Source of the DNA: the human T2T-CHM13v2.0 reference genome, Homo sapiens
Assembly (NCBI RefSeq): GCF_009914755.1
Contig: NC_060947.1
Length of the DNA stretch: 64,000 nt
Reading direction: 5' to 3' (one strand)
Each line of letters begins with the position of its first letter. The stretch's first letter is position 1. Made by a program: the position numbers and the translations under genes. The notes beneath the pieces were generated by a model. The model saw only the letters and a program-made list of their open reading frames with translations. It ran no database searches and was not told the DNA's origin. Positions 46,903 to 61,858 of the stretch are shown in pieces.

Positions 46903-47210
46903 CTACATGAACTTTAAAGAATTAAAAGTAAGGTTGGCAGACATCAGGTCATAAAGTGGTTAAATAAAATCTCATGATTCATTCATGTCCTTGCCCTTAT
47001 AGTTCCAAAATATGTCTGCAGAGAAAATAAACCACTGAAATGACTTACTTACTGACTTGATCAAATTAAGTAAATGTGATACAATTTACAAGAAAGTTTT
47101 ACTAAAAGTTAAAAGAGCATCTATGTGTTGAAACACACATATCTGCAATCATTTTTAAAATCTGAGAGAAAAGTAAATTTCATAATCACTACTAAAAATT
47201 AGTAGCTTAC

Positions 47211-47304
47211 CTGGTTCAAGTAATAAGCATTCTTGTGGATTATCTGGGTTACAAACTTTTCCAGTACTGTAGATGGTGCTCATTGTATTTAGAATTGTGT
47301 TCAA
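47211..47304 (-). CDS. ACE2: ACE2 coding exon 3
   Basis: [31 protein letters not shown]; cag/gtaagc boundaries; 94 nt. Confidence 0.97.
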
Positions 47305-48299
47305 CTGCAAATTAAAGATAATAAACAATGTTAACAATGGAAATTTTGCTGAAGAGAATGCTAATATAAAGATATCCTTTTGACCACATGATTTTTTGAT
47401 TACTCAAAATACAGCAATTTACTTCTTTGCCATGTATCTTTCTGTATGTGGAGAAGGAATAGCCCAGTTAAGTTTCCCCACTGTCGACTAGCACAAAGTA
47501 CTATAAGCACATAATAAATATATATGGAGTAATTGAAATAACCAGATCTACCAAAACCCAAAGAAGTTTTCTTATCCACACATACACAGAGAGGTGCATT
47601 TTTTGTTTCATTCAGCATTTATTGAACCTGGAATATGTCCTACACTCTGACAATTCTGAAGTGAACAAGTCAAAGACCATAAAGTCATAGGACAGTGAGG
47701 CAGCCATGAAATCAATAACTATTAATACATAACAGAATGACAAGTGCTATAACTGTCACCAAAAAGTGATGCGGTAGTATAGGAGCAGGGAGAAATTAAT
47801 AACTAATAACCAGGAGATTCAAGAATGGGTCCAAAGAGAAGGGAAGATAAGAGCTGTGTCTTGGAGAAGAAGTAGGCACTGGTCATGTAGAGAAGGGAGG
47901 TAGAGGGAAGAGTCTAAAAGATGGAAGGAGGTTGGAAAAGACAAGGCATTCTCAGGGGACAGTGAGATGTTGAATGAAACTGGAGCAATGGTGTTCATTA
48001 GGGGAAATGAAAGACATGAGAATGGAGAGACAAGCAGGGGCCAGATCACGAGGGACCGTCTATGCCATACCAAAGTTTTTAAACTTTACCCTGCAGATAA
48101 AGTGAAGGTGATATAGTGAAGCAGTGCTACTCCAGGTGTAATCCGTGGACCAGTGCAAGTGACAGTTTGTTTCCATTCTGTGATAAGTACAGGAATTAAG
48201 AGAATAAAAGTTTATAAACTTTGGAGAACAATTTGATATTTCCATGACATCTAAGCATGTAATCAATGAACTTAAGCAAGTATTGATCTGCAATGTATT

Positions 48300-48404
48300 G
48301 GAAATAAAGGAATAAAGGAGGGAGAAAGGAAAGACGGGAGGGAGGAGAGAAGGAGGGAAGGAAGAAGAGAAGAAAGGAAGGAAGGAAGGAAGGAAGGAAG
48401 GAAA
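48300..48404. repeat. Purine-rich tract ending in (GGAA)n, probably an L2 tail
   Basis: GA-rich run with about 7 tandem GGAA units. Confidence 0.85.
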
Positions 48405-49104
48405 TGGTTCTCTCCCTCAGATTGATTTAAGAAGCACTGGATTAAAGGATCTGTTTCTCCTTCTCCTATTTCCCTTTGGTTCTGCCTTGAGAGTCATCCT
48501 AAAACATGAAATAGATCCTATGTTTAAAACTTCCACACGATCCCATAGTCCAAAGGAACAAACCTAAATTCCTTACCATGGCACAAAACCCCTCATGGTC
48601 TCTCTCCAGCTCTTCTTCAATCTCCACGGCTTCCTCTCCATCAAATCTAAGCAACCTTGAGTCCCTCCTCTTCCCAAACACTTTAAGCTCTTACATGCAT
48701 TTCAGTGGTTTTCAGTCCTGGCTACACATTAGAATTATCTGGGGATTTTTTAAAAAATAGAATTTCTAGGTTCCACCTAGGCTAGACCAGATTGTCTATA
48801 TGCGAATGGGCAAGGTTTCTTATAGTGTCCTTGTTGGGGGAAAAAATGGAGAAACATAGAATGGATAAAGTAAAGTGCATTGATAATTAGTTGGATAATT
48901 GGACCCAAAGAATGCAGAAAAATAAATGTTAACTTGTAGAAAGATACATTTCACATGGTTTTATCTTTGCCTTTTTGATGCATTTTTATTTTTATATTCA
49001 CAGATTAGAACATACAAAGTTCCAGAGGACAAGCAACTGAGAAAGAAGACTTTCTTTTTAAATAGCTAAATATTTTAGGTTAAAAATATTTCAATAGGCT
49101 ATAT

Positions 49105-49505
49105 CAGAGGTCTGCAAACTGTGTTCTGCAGACCAAATCCTGTCTGCTGCCTGTTTTTGTAAAGTTTTATTTGAACACAGCCATACTTGTTCATTTATAT
49201 ATTAGCTACAGCTGATTTCCTGATACAACAGCACAGTTGACTAGTTGCAACACAGACAATACCTAAATACACAAAACCTAAAATATTTACTGTCATCTGT
49301 TCCTTTACAGAAAAAAAGTTTGCTGTTGACATTGTGGACAAGATCATTCTTTGTTGTTGGGGGCCATCCCATGCATTGTGAAATGTTCTGCAGCATCCCT
49401 ACCCACTAGATGTCAACAGTATCCCCATTTGTGGCAACCAAAAACGTCTCCAGACATTGTCAAATATCCCCGGAGGGCTAAATCACCCCCAGTTGAGAAC
49501 CACTG
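49105..49505. mobile_element. MER58A-like element followed by MER20
   Basis: cagaggtctgcaaact...cctttacagaaaaaaagtttg; then ctccagacattgtcaaatatcccc...ccccagttgagaaccactg. Confidence 0.8.
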
Positions 49506-49824
49506 ACATAAACTAACTGTATTCTTCAGGCTGCCTGATCCTTCAGGAAGGTGACCTAACACTAGGGGGTGTCCATACACACCACAGTGCCAGGGACAAT
49601 CTCAGTTTAACTCTGTGTTTGAATATAATAATTACCAGTGTCTTTCACTCTCAAAGATTCCAGTTTGAATAATAAATTATATGGACACCTTACCTAGGCA
49701 TAGAGAGAGATTTTTCTAACATCAGCATTACTATTTTTTCAAATAAAGGCAGCTGCTGTGGGTGATATTAATGTTTAATATTTCCCAAATATTTCAACTC
49801 TTGGGATCAATGCTAAAATGTTCA

Positions 49825-50103
<279 letters not shown>

Positions 50104-51391
50104 TTAGTCCTCTACTCCGCTGAAGGTCAAGGTTTAGGTTAAGAGTGACCAGGCCACTTTTGACCACTCTCTCTCTCTCTGTCTCTCTCTGGCCTATTGC
50201 CTGGTTTTCCCAAGGGTCTTGTCCCCAGAACTGGAAATGAATTCTCACAGATAATCCACATTGTGGGGCCCTGGAATTTATAGCCTTAGTGCTGTGACAT
50301 AGATGAGTTGGCCAAGAATTCAAAGACGAGTGCTCTAAAAAGAGAATCCAGTAGAGCTCAGAGTGGACTTAATGAGAATACAGCCCCCTAATAACAATGG
50401 AAACCATAAGAAATGAGAACCGGTTCACAGTAACCTCCTAGCTGCCGTGACTTAGCCCAGGGATTTTGATCTTAAGTTAGGATTCCCAAAAAAGGCTTCC
50501 CAGAAAATGGCCATTGGTAGCCATGGTGATTTTCTACCAGCAAAAGAAATCATCAAGCAAGTGATGATGCCAGGACACATTTCCCCCCCTCCTGAATCTT
50601 GAACATCAGTTGGAAAGTGGACTTCTCCAAACTACTGTAGTGTAGTCTTTTCTCAACTTACAAATTCATTTCCATTTACCAAAGACCAAAATGAGCAACT
50701 ACTTGGTATATTGTACTGCCCTAGACCACACAAAAGAGATAACGTTTGAGGAAAGTAAGAATTCTGCTCCTGGACTCAAGTACCTTAGCCTCTCTGAGCC
50801 ACAGTTGTCTTATCTGCAAAATGAAAGTAATAATAGGACTTACCTCCAAGGACTGTTGTAAGGATTTGAAGAAGTAACAAAAAAATGAAATGCTTACAAG
50901 AGTGCCTAACACATCCTAATCATTCAACAAATGTTAGTTATTTTATTATTTATTTATTATTTATTATGTTATGATTTATTTTATATTTTGTTATGTATAG
51001 GGGAAAAGTCATTGTCCTTAGATTGCTTTCCATTTTATCAGACAGATAAGATATGCATTATAAATGTTTCATTAATGAAACATAAGAGTATATAATAATG
51101 TATAAATTATGAGTGGGCCAAGCAGTTTCTGTTACAAGAAAGAGGAAATTCATGCAGGTGACCATACTTGGCCAAGCCCTCATGCAGAAGTTGCAACTTA
51201 AGACAGACCTGAAAGTAGGTAGGAGTCAGATGAGTAGAGAATACTTTGCAAAATAATTTACCTCATTTGATTTTCTTAACAACACTATGAGGTAGAAAAT
51301 CACTCTCTCTCCTTTTTTGTACATACAGAAAGCGGCTGAGAGAAATAAACAGTGGAGCTGGCAATCAGCCACCAGCATTTGATCCTGGCCC

Positions 51392-51891
51392 TGTGGCAGA
51401 CAGACTCTAAGAATGCTCCCATGATCTCTGCCTTTGGTGGTCACACCCTTGTGTGATCCCCTCCCCATAAGTATGAGCAGACCCGTGATTTACTTTCAAC
51501 CAATAGCATACAACACAGGTGACAGGATGTTCATGTTTACGTTACATAAGATTTTAACTTTAATCTTGATAGAAGACTCTCTCCTTTGCTGACTTGTTGC
51601 AGCAAGATGCCACGTTGTGAGCTACCCTATGGAAAAGGCCACATGGCAAATAATTAAAGACGGCCTCTGAGTAATTGCATTGGCTTGGAAGTATATCCAT
51701 CCCCAGTCAAGCCTCAGAAGAGACCATAGCTCTAGCCAGCACCTTGAATGCAACCATATGAGACTTAGAAGCAGAAGATCCAGCTGAACTGTGCCTGGAC
51801 TCCTAGCCCACAGATACTGTGGGATATTAAATATGTGTTGTTTTAATCTGCTAAGCTTGTGGTAACTTTTTACACAATAGATAACTAGTAC
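51392..51891 (+). mobile_element. MLT1-family MaLR LTR
   Basis: tgtggcagacagactctaag...cacacccttgtgtgatcccctcccc...gctaagcttgtggtaactttttacacaatagataactagtaca. Confidence 0.85.
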
Positions 51892-51953
51892 AGCTCCCAC
51901 AGGTAGAACTTCAGGCATGATTGCACTTTCCAGGCCAAGGAATTTCACTTTTA

Positions 51954-52409
<456 letters not shown>

Positions 52410-54458
52410 TCACAACCTCTCAGAAACTGCTTTTTCATTAATCTTCACAACAACCTTGTGAGGGAGTTGTTATTGTCTCAACTTTACAAATAAGGGAAAT
52501 GAGGCACACAGCAGGTAACTTTCCCTAGGTCACACAGCTAGAAATTAGAAGAACCAGGGCATCAACCTAGTGTTTACTTCCGAAGCTAATGCTCTGAACT
52601 ATTATCCTATAGGTTGTATTTGACACATTCTAGTCTTCTCTCTAACATGCAGGAGTGGGAAGAAGTGAGCTATGGGAAGAGGAGTTTGGTCTGCAGCACA
52701 AACTCATCTATGCAACCCACCTGACTCACTTCTCAATCCCTACCTGGCTTCACCCAATCCAGATGATTTACTGTGAAGCAAAATTTCTGGTAAAACTTTC
52801 ATACCAAATTATAGGAATAATTTTACTCTCTATCTATAGGAAATAACTCACTACCTCCCAAAGGCCTCAGTCTTAGAACATTGTTTATCATACTACATGT
52901 AGGAATTTTGAGGCTATCCAATTTTATTTTAGTTATCACTACCATACTACATGTGTTATAATTATATCACCAAAAAAAATCACTTTGTGTTGCCTTGCAT
53001 TTTGGCCCCTGAGGAGGTATTATTCCTTGCCAAGCTATTCTTTTAATATCATTTACAATTTATTCCGTATCCTTACCCTAGGGCTCCCAAGCCTAAATAA
53101 AACAGATAGCTTAGTAGTTATGCAAAGAATCAGTCAGTTCATGCATACCTATCAGATAATTTAGTGGTTGATAGCTATATTTAGACTGAATGATGAATGG
53201 AATGAAGCATATATAGCAGCTTACATAGCCCCAGGCTTGAAAGGAACCATTACAGATAAAATTGGTGGCATTCCACACTACCTCTGGGCAAAGGCAGGGG
53301 AGAAGCAACTAAAACTGCAACAGTTTCTGTAGCCATACAAGGGAGTTTTGGGAGTAAGGAACACGTTGTTTGAGATAATCACAAGAAATTAAAACAGTCT
53401 CTAAATCCCATCCGTAACTGCAATGGATAGCATATTCCCAACTTGAGAGAGATCCTTTGTAATTTCAAGGACTGTAGGCATAAAATCCTAGATTATATTT
53501 TAAAACATTCAAAAAGATACTCTGCTCTTTTTGGCCCTAACTATATGCATAAATTAAATACATGATTTATCAGGCCATAGGTCTGGTTGTCTTTACCCAA
53601 CTTGTGATAATTGTATTTAAACTATTAAAATCCTTTTGTAAGAAGTTGTTTGAGATTTAAAGTACTGACAACTTATTTTCTCTTTTTCTATAGCTCACTA
53701 TCACCTAAACCAGGCTATATACTTTTAGTAACCTCTAAACCATTTCTTCCCCTGTAGGTGTGAGAGTTCCATGAAGACAGAAAATGAAAAACTGAATGGA
53801 ATCTTTAGCATCTATCCAGTACCTTGGAGCCCAAATCTCCCAGGAAAACTTTCACCCTTGGCTCCCATATGCTGGCTCAATTTCCAGATAGAGCTGTCAA
53901 AACCGCATCAGGTTCAAAGACAAAAGCTGCCTTGGTTACTTTCTAAATATGCCCAGGTACTTGCATATTAAAAAAAAAAGTCTTCCATTTAACAAAATAG
54001 GTAATGTAAATTATAAGAATGTGAATTCCATAACTCAAGCTTAGGATTTAAGAAATTATTTTTTCTTTATTTTAGATTGGGGGTTTAATATTTTAACATT
54101 TAAAATTTTTAATCTGTATGAACATTTTTATTTTTTCCTAACTTTATCTCATGGGAAAAAAAGTGCTCGCCCCTGAATTTTATTTTATGTGCTGCACAGT
54201 GATCTTCCCCGACTTGTACCTGTGTGTAGGTGTTCATGTGTATTAAGGGGCATGGGACAGACTCATTAGAGACAGGGATGAAATTTCCTTGGGTATATAC
54301 AGAATAGCAGTTTAGAATTACCCTGGTCTGAGTTCACTGTGACTCTATCCCTGGAGACAGGAATAGGTTCAGAAATGGGGCATGCCCAAGACCCTAGGGA
54401 CCCTGGCAGCAGGGGGGCTGAAGAAGCTCTAGAGACCACGCAAAGAGTAAGTGTGGTA

Positions 54459-54703
54459 GGCTAGGTGCAGTGGCTCATGCCTGTCATCCCAGCACTTTGG
54501 GAGCCTGAGGCAAGAGGATCACTTGAGCCCAGGAGTTCAAGACCAGCCTGGGAGACAAAGTGAGATCTCATCTCTACAAAAAAAAATGTTAAATGATGCG
54601 AGAGAATCATTTGAGCCCAGGAGGTCAAGCTGCAATGAATCATGATCATGCCACTCCATTCCAGCCTGGGCAACAGAGCGAGACCCTTCAAAAAAAAAAA
54701 AAA
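54459..54703 (+). mobile_element. Alu (AluJ-like) with an internal deletion
   Basis: Left arm, shortened right arm and A-tail. Confidence 0.88.
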
Positions 54704-55678
54704 GTATGGGCCTCATGCTCTCTCTTCACAGCTTCTGGTAACTCACCAAGAAATAGCTACAACGTGTCCTTGATTTTGTTTTTTGGCGAGGAATTGCTTG
54801 ATCCTGAAAGTCTTGTAAGAAAACATGATGAGAAATGGTCAACCACACATACCACAATGGCAGAGAAAGGGAGAGAACTTTGGAAACCTGTTTTAACCAA
54901 GCTTTTTTTTCCATATCTCTATCTGATGGGCCTCTCCACACTTCTACATCAGCAGCTTTATGACACTATACTGATCAAGTTTGGATGCCTTCTATTATTT
55001 TGAGGTATATTCTCACAGCTTGACATAAGGATCACCACTTAAGGATACTGTTTTGGGATCTGTGAGAGAAGAAATTCCTAAATCCTTGCACTTGTTAAAG
55101 CATCTGGCTTTCCCAGAGCATTCTGATATTTGTCAGAACTGGTTTAATCATAGTTTTTTTGTTGTTTGTTTTTGTTTTTGTTTTGGAGGGCTCTGCCTGG
55201 ATTCTGTGACCTTTTGGAGTCCCTTGGAGGTCTGTGACAAAGAGGAAAGGAATTCCCAAGTCCAGCCTCACCCAAGCCCTGATTAGCTTAATTACTAGTT
55301 CTTTCACTAAGCCTCCAGTTGCATTTTTCAGTTAATATATCATTTGTAGAGAATCTTTAGATATTCCTATTGATATTGTAGGCTAAAGGAAATTATTAAC
55401 TCAATAACTTATGGCATTTCCATGAAATGCTTTGAAATCCTGACTGTGATGAGAATTATGGTGGTAACTTTATAAAGAATATTCTCTTGTTTCCAAGCAT
55501 CTGGATTGAGACCAGTGAATTATTTTGTAACAATTTTCTGAATGAACCCCAGGGTCAATTAAGTTTAGTTATCTGGGACTCCAAAATCAGGGATATGGAG
55601 GCAAACATCCAATCTCACAACTCAGAGCATTTTTTTTGATTTCCCTTTTCAGTTTCACGGGCAGTAATCTAATCTTTA

Positions 55679-56006
<328 letters not shown>

Positions 56007-56290
56007 CTGAGCAGGAAAGACCAAAAAAAGAAAAAGAAGAAGAACACAGTAAACAATCTGCTGAGCCAATATAAAGTTCATCCTGGAGAGGACAGATATG
56101 TAACAGATTTTAGAATAATTTTTTAAAGTGAATCAAATAAGAATACGTTATTCTTTAATCCTAGAGAACCTTACCTCTCCTGTCACTTTATGGCCAAATC
56201 AAAACCGGTACTTTTGGTTAATATTTTCCTAGAAAGCTGTTAAAGATACACGGAAAATGTTATAATTTTACAGTGACCAAAGAGGTCTAG
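56007..56290 (-). promoter_or_regulatory. ACE2: ACE2 proximal promoter (HNF1-like and FOXA motifs)
   Basis: HNF1-like GTTATTCTTTAAT (56147), GTTAATATTTTC (56217), GTTATAATTTTAC (56259); forkhead GTAAACA (56049); consistent with known HNF1/FOXA control of ACE2. Confidence 0.7.
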
Positions 56291-56469
56291 AACTAGGGAT
56301 CATGAAGATAATGTTGGTGTTTGTATGGTTTTCAGACAATTTCATTAATAGGTTATCTCACATTTATTTTTATTTCAAGATCATATTCCCAGAAACTCTC
56401 TACTTGGGCAACATTTTCCCTTCCAAATACATGACTTTGCCCTTGTCTTTATGGAATTCATATTTCTGA

Positions 56470-56776
<307 letters not shown>

Positions 56777-56947
56777 ATTTCTGATCAGTTTTAATTTCCA
56801 TGGCCATTTTTTAAAATTATGACTACTCTCCACTCCACAGGTCAACTCTCCTGATCTGCCTTTGCAAAACTTAAAAAAGCTCATTTCCTATTTCTCACAC
56901 TGGTTCTGTGGCTGACTTCTTTGAGTGCCTCCTTCTCCTTCACTTAC

Positions 56948-57150
56948 CTATTCAAAACTCAGTCAAGGTCACGTGGAAGTAAGAAAGCCTCCACATGGTA
57001 TGAAATCCAAAGAGTATCTATGTCAACTCCTGATCCTCTGTAGCCATGGGATCACAACAACATAGAATTCAAAGAGATTTTAGTGGTTATCTTGTCAAAT
57101 TTCAGAAGCGAGCTCAGTGTCCTCATTGCCAGAGTGTATGTATGAGTGCC
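56948..57150 (-). other. ACE2: ACE2 distal non-coding first exon
   Basis: TAG|gtaagt donor at 56948/56947; TATA-like ATTTAAA about 25 nt upstream of 57150; matches my recollection of the long ACE2 mRNA leader. Confidence 0.8.
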
Positions 57151-58555
57151 ACAGATCAAAGAGAGGAGCACTTTAAATGGCAGGGTTCAAGGGCCTACCT
57201 GACGATGATTGTGAAACTCTGACACAGAGAAAATATTTCTTCACCCAGAAAAACAAGTCTTCCAGGTTCAGGTGACATTGCAATAATCAAGCCTTTAAAA
57301 AAATGTCCACTGCTTTTCCTTATTCCAAAGTTGTGTATATTATTGTAGAATAGGAAAAAAACAATTATAAGTAACTATTCAAAGTGCTTTGTGTTATAAT
57401 ATCTCATTTGAGCATCACAAGAAACCTATAGGCAAATATTTTATCACCATTTTATGAATTATGAAACTAAGTTTAAGTAAATTGCTATATCTCACTCAGC
57501 TAACAAATGATGGAATCAGAACATGGATCTATGTATTCTGATTCTAGAGTATAGGCTCTTAACTAACTTGTAGTCAACAGTCTAAAAGCAATAGTGGAGG
57601 CATAGATAAAATGTGACAGAGGGCCTTGTGCCTCAGTGAAGATGACAGATTTAGTTACACTGCATCAAAAAGAGGTGGACTCTTACTTCCCTTGATGTGA
57701 ATCAAAATATACTCTCCTTTTAAAAAAATAAAGCAGCTCACAAATATAAGTAATAATAATAAAGAATTTTAAATGAAAGTGAGATGAGGGTAAAAAAAAA
57801 AAATCAGTGCAGAAATTTCAGAAAAGCTCCTCCCACATTCCAGGAAACCTAGATCCACTCACTCCTTGCACACAATAGGAGAAAAAACAGGCAAGAAAGA
57901 GGACAGCACACGAGTATCTGAAGAAAAGGTTGAAATGTTACTGTAATAAAAGCGGAAATAAATTTCTACACAGGTAAGTTCCTAAATGAAACACGTGGGT
58001 TTAGTGGAAAAAATGGGAGTAGTCCAAATTCAATTCGCTGAGGCAGAAAATACGATTAACTTGATCAAACTGAAATGGAGAAAGCAAGATATAAAATCTG
58101 AAAGCTAAGAATAAATGAACAAGGAGCCTGGGACAGCAGTGAGGCAGGCAGGAAAATGCTAGAAGCCAAGAAACTTTGAGAAGCAAGGGAAAAGGGAGAA
58201 TAGTCTACAGTGATTCTGTAGAAAAACTAGCCCAGAATGGCCAACTGCAAGCACTGACTGAATTATTGGAATTTTTGTTCACACTTTTTTGAGAAGATAT
58301 CAATGTTCTGATAGTTCCCCAGAAGCGTTCTCTCTGAGCGCATTCCGAGAATGGAAAGAATTCACTGAAGACTCAGGAGATGAGACCCAGAAAAACAATT
58401 GGTCTAAAGGAATGTATTGTCTTTGAGAAAAATTGGAGAATCAGAAAAAATTAGAAGACCAAAGATGCAGGAAAGATGTTCTATGTTTCAAAAAGATTGG
58501 AGGAGGGGGTGGATTTCATAATGGTAAAGGGAAGTTTGACCTTAACACCTAGTAA

Positions 58556-58864
<309 letters not shown>

Positions 58865-59154
58865 TAAAGTAAAATTTTTAGAATGTGATTTGCACTTGGA
58901 AAAATATATCTCTGGTCCATTAGGAATTCACTAGGAATAAGTCAGATGCTGCCTGCCCTATCTCCTCTCTGATAGAATACAATAGTAAAAAAATATATCC
59001 AAAGACGTAGTGTATCTTCCTTTTCAATAAGGGATTTAACAGAATGTAAAATGCTATGACTAGACCCAAATGTCCCCTGAAACAATTACACAGTACAGGA
59101 TTAGGCAGTCCTCTGGTAAACAACAATTCATGTCCAAAACAACAAGAATCTTGC

Positions 59155-59770
59155 TTCAATCATTGTTTATTGAATACCTACTATATGCCAAACACTATTC
59201 TAGATTTTGAATGTAAGCTAATAAATATTGTATTATATGAGGTGACAATAGAAGGAAGACAAAAATAGTGATAAATGTCATGACTTATAATAAGCAAGAA
59301 ATGGAGGATAGAGAATTATGGGGTGGGGAGAGGGATTTTCTATAAGGAGGGCCTCTCTGAGAAGGTGACGTTTGAGCAAAGACCGGAAAGAAGTGATGAA
59401 AGTTGTGCGGATCTCTGGGTGAAGAAGTTTTCCTAGGGAGAGGGAGCAGCAAGTGTAAAGGATGTAGGCAGATTTCAAGAACATCAGAGGTCTTTGTGAC
59501 TGGAGCTCAGTGTGCAGGGGAAAGTGGCAGGAGGTGAAGTCAAGGAAGAAGCTAGGGTCACACCAGGGAGGTCTTAAAGACAATTAACTGTGAGACTTCA
59601 GCTTTACTCTCAGCAACATGGGAAGACACTGGAAGGCTTCAAGCAGAGAAGTGATCTAGTAGAAGCTTTAGCAGGGTCACTTTGGCTGCTGCTTAGAGAA
59701 TGGACACTAAAGGGGTAAGGATGGAAGCAGGGAGGCTAGTTAATGAGCTACTGCAGCAGCCCAGTCAAGC
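59155..59770 (-). mobile_element. L2 fragment
   Basis: tttattgaatacctactatatgcca...ggcctctctgagaaggtgacgtttgagcaaagacc. Confidence 0.8.
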
Positions 59771-61858
59771 TGGTTGAATAAAAGCTTAGTATGAGCTTCA
59801 AGATCCAACTAGGAGGCCCAGTAAAAATTACTGGGCCTATAATTACATCTTATACTATATTAGACTTTGCTAATATAAGCATTAGATACAAAATAATCTA
59901 GACTATAACATTCATTTCTGTGAACCACAATTTTAGAGACGCACAAGAGAGCATCCAGAGGAAAATAAATAGGAGAGCAGATGGATCTAAAATAATATAA
60001 TTTGGAGAATGGTTTAGATATGGAAGAGAAGACAGGGTGGACAGCTTTCTTCCATCATGGTACTGCCATTTAGAAGAAGACTTAGCATAGTGGATTTACT
60101 CTGCCACTTGTTAGCTGTGTGACCTTAGGCAGGTAATATCCTCCCTGCACCTAATTTATTTCAAGGCCAATGATAGTTTTATATCCATTTCATAGGGATG
60201 TCATATTACTTGAATTAATACATAAGAACACAGAGAGTAATGTTGTAAGCCTAGTAATAAAAGCCACAGAAAATGAAAGGAGCTGTGTAATAATTAGAGA
60301 ACTTCCACACTGGAATGTTTAATCAAACCATCTGCAAGGTCATCTTTCAGAGACACTGCAGCAGACAGAGACTGGCTGGGAGTTTGACTCAAAGGTCTGT
60401 TTGGACTATAGGATCCTGCATTGTAGGAGAAGTCTGCTAGTTTGTGCTGAAACAGCAGGATGGAGGAGCTCACCAATGGAATGAGTAGAGTCATATATGA
60501 AAGGAAAGGGGAGTCAGCCAGTAGTCTACATGAGCCCAGCCATAGAGAACCTCTCAGCGTGCTTTCATCACCCAGTCATGGTCAGGTCCTGGTATAAAAC
60601 TTCCTACATACAGAGAAGAGAAAACTTGAGTCTGTCACGCTATCTTGAGGAAGAAGGGGAAAGTCATAAAGGTAAATGACTCCCTCTCAATATTTACAGA
60701 TGTTGTATTTGTTGGTTGCATATGCTTTGTACCTGCTCCTGTATATAAACTCTTCACAACAACTTTACAGGTAGAAATAGTGAGATCCATTTTATAATTA
60801 AGGAAACCAACTGTTCCCATGATTAATTCAAACTTCCACAACTGATAGGCAATGGGGCTACATTTTGATCCCAGATTGCTTAAGAGACCTTTTCTCTCCA
60901 CAGAGTCATGGGTTCAGTTATCTGCTAACTTCATGCATGTCTAATAAGTCCTCATCAATCTGTCATATTCTGAGAATAAGCAGGTCCCCATAAGCAAAAT
61001 TAAAATGTACTGCTTTGATTACACCAGTTATACATTTTTAAACCGTTTTAGTTAGAAATTTTTCTTCAATATATTCCATCCCGATCGCGATGCTGCCTGG
61101 ACATTAGTTTAGGGTTATATTTCAGATGACTCAGTGTCATCATCTTAAATAATATTTACTGGCTAAGCTATAATGTGACAATGTCTTCAAGGCTTTACAT
61201 TAAATGACTCAACAGCTTTATTGCTATTAATTCTGCTGTTTCTGCACATTCTGAGTTCACAGTCACAGTATCAACTTTCAGTAGCCCTGCTCTCCACAAG
61301 TCCCCTCCCTGTTTCTGATCTGCTATCTGCTAAAACCTAAATGGAAACTAGATAACCATGGAGTTCAACTAGAAACCTCCCTTTTCATAGGCTGAAATCC
61401 GAGGGTGGGTCTTTATTCTGCTAGAGCAAAGTACATAGACTTTGAAATCCATATTTCCCTTACTGTTCAACTTTTTATATCCTTCCAACTGAGTCACAAA
61501 TGCTGAGGTTGCCAAATAGCTATAGGAGAAACCTCTTCCAGTTCCCCAAGTTGGGTGGATAACTTTGGTAAACATCAGAAAAGAAAGGATGTTTTGTTCA
61601 ATTTCTTATTGATTAATACTGCTGACAGAACAAGGAAGGGTATCAGGAACACAATGCATAGAGAAATTCAAAACTTTGCATGGTCAAGAACTATTTGCAT
61701 TCAGTACAATTGATTTTGACCACATGTTTATCACACAAAGTGAATTTATAAGTGCTTTATAGAAAATAAATAACTAGTTGGGCTTTCAGCCCAAAGGAAA
61801 AGCTAAAGCTCTTTCCTGTTTACATTTTTAGTTGCATAGCAGTCCCTTTTTTCCTAAA

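Noticed and set aside
48376-48404. (GGAA)n as an ETS-fusion-responsive enhancer
   Set aside because: Only about 7 units, embedded in an L2-type tail; no supporting evidence.
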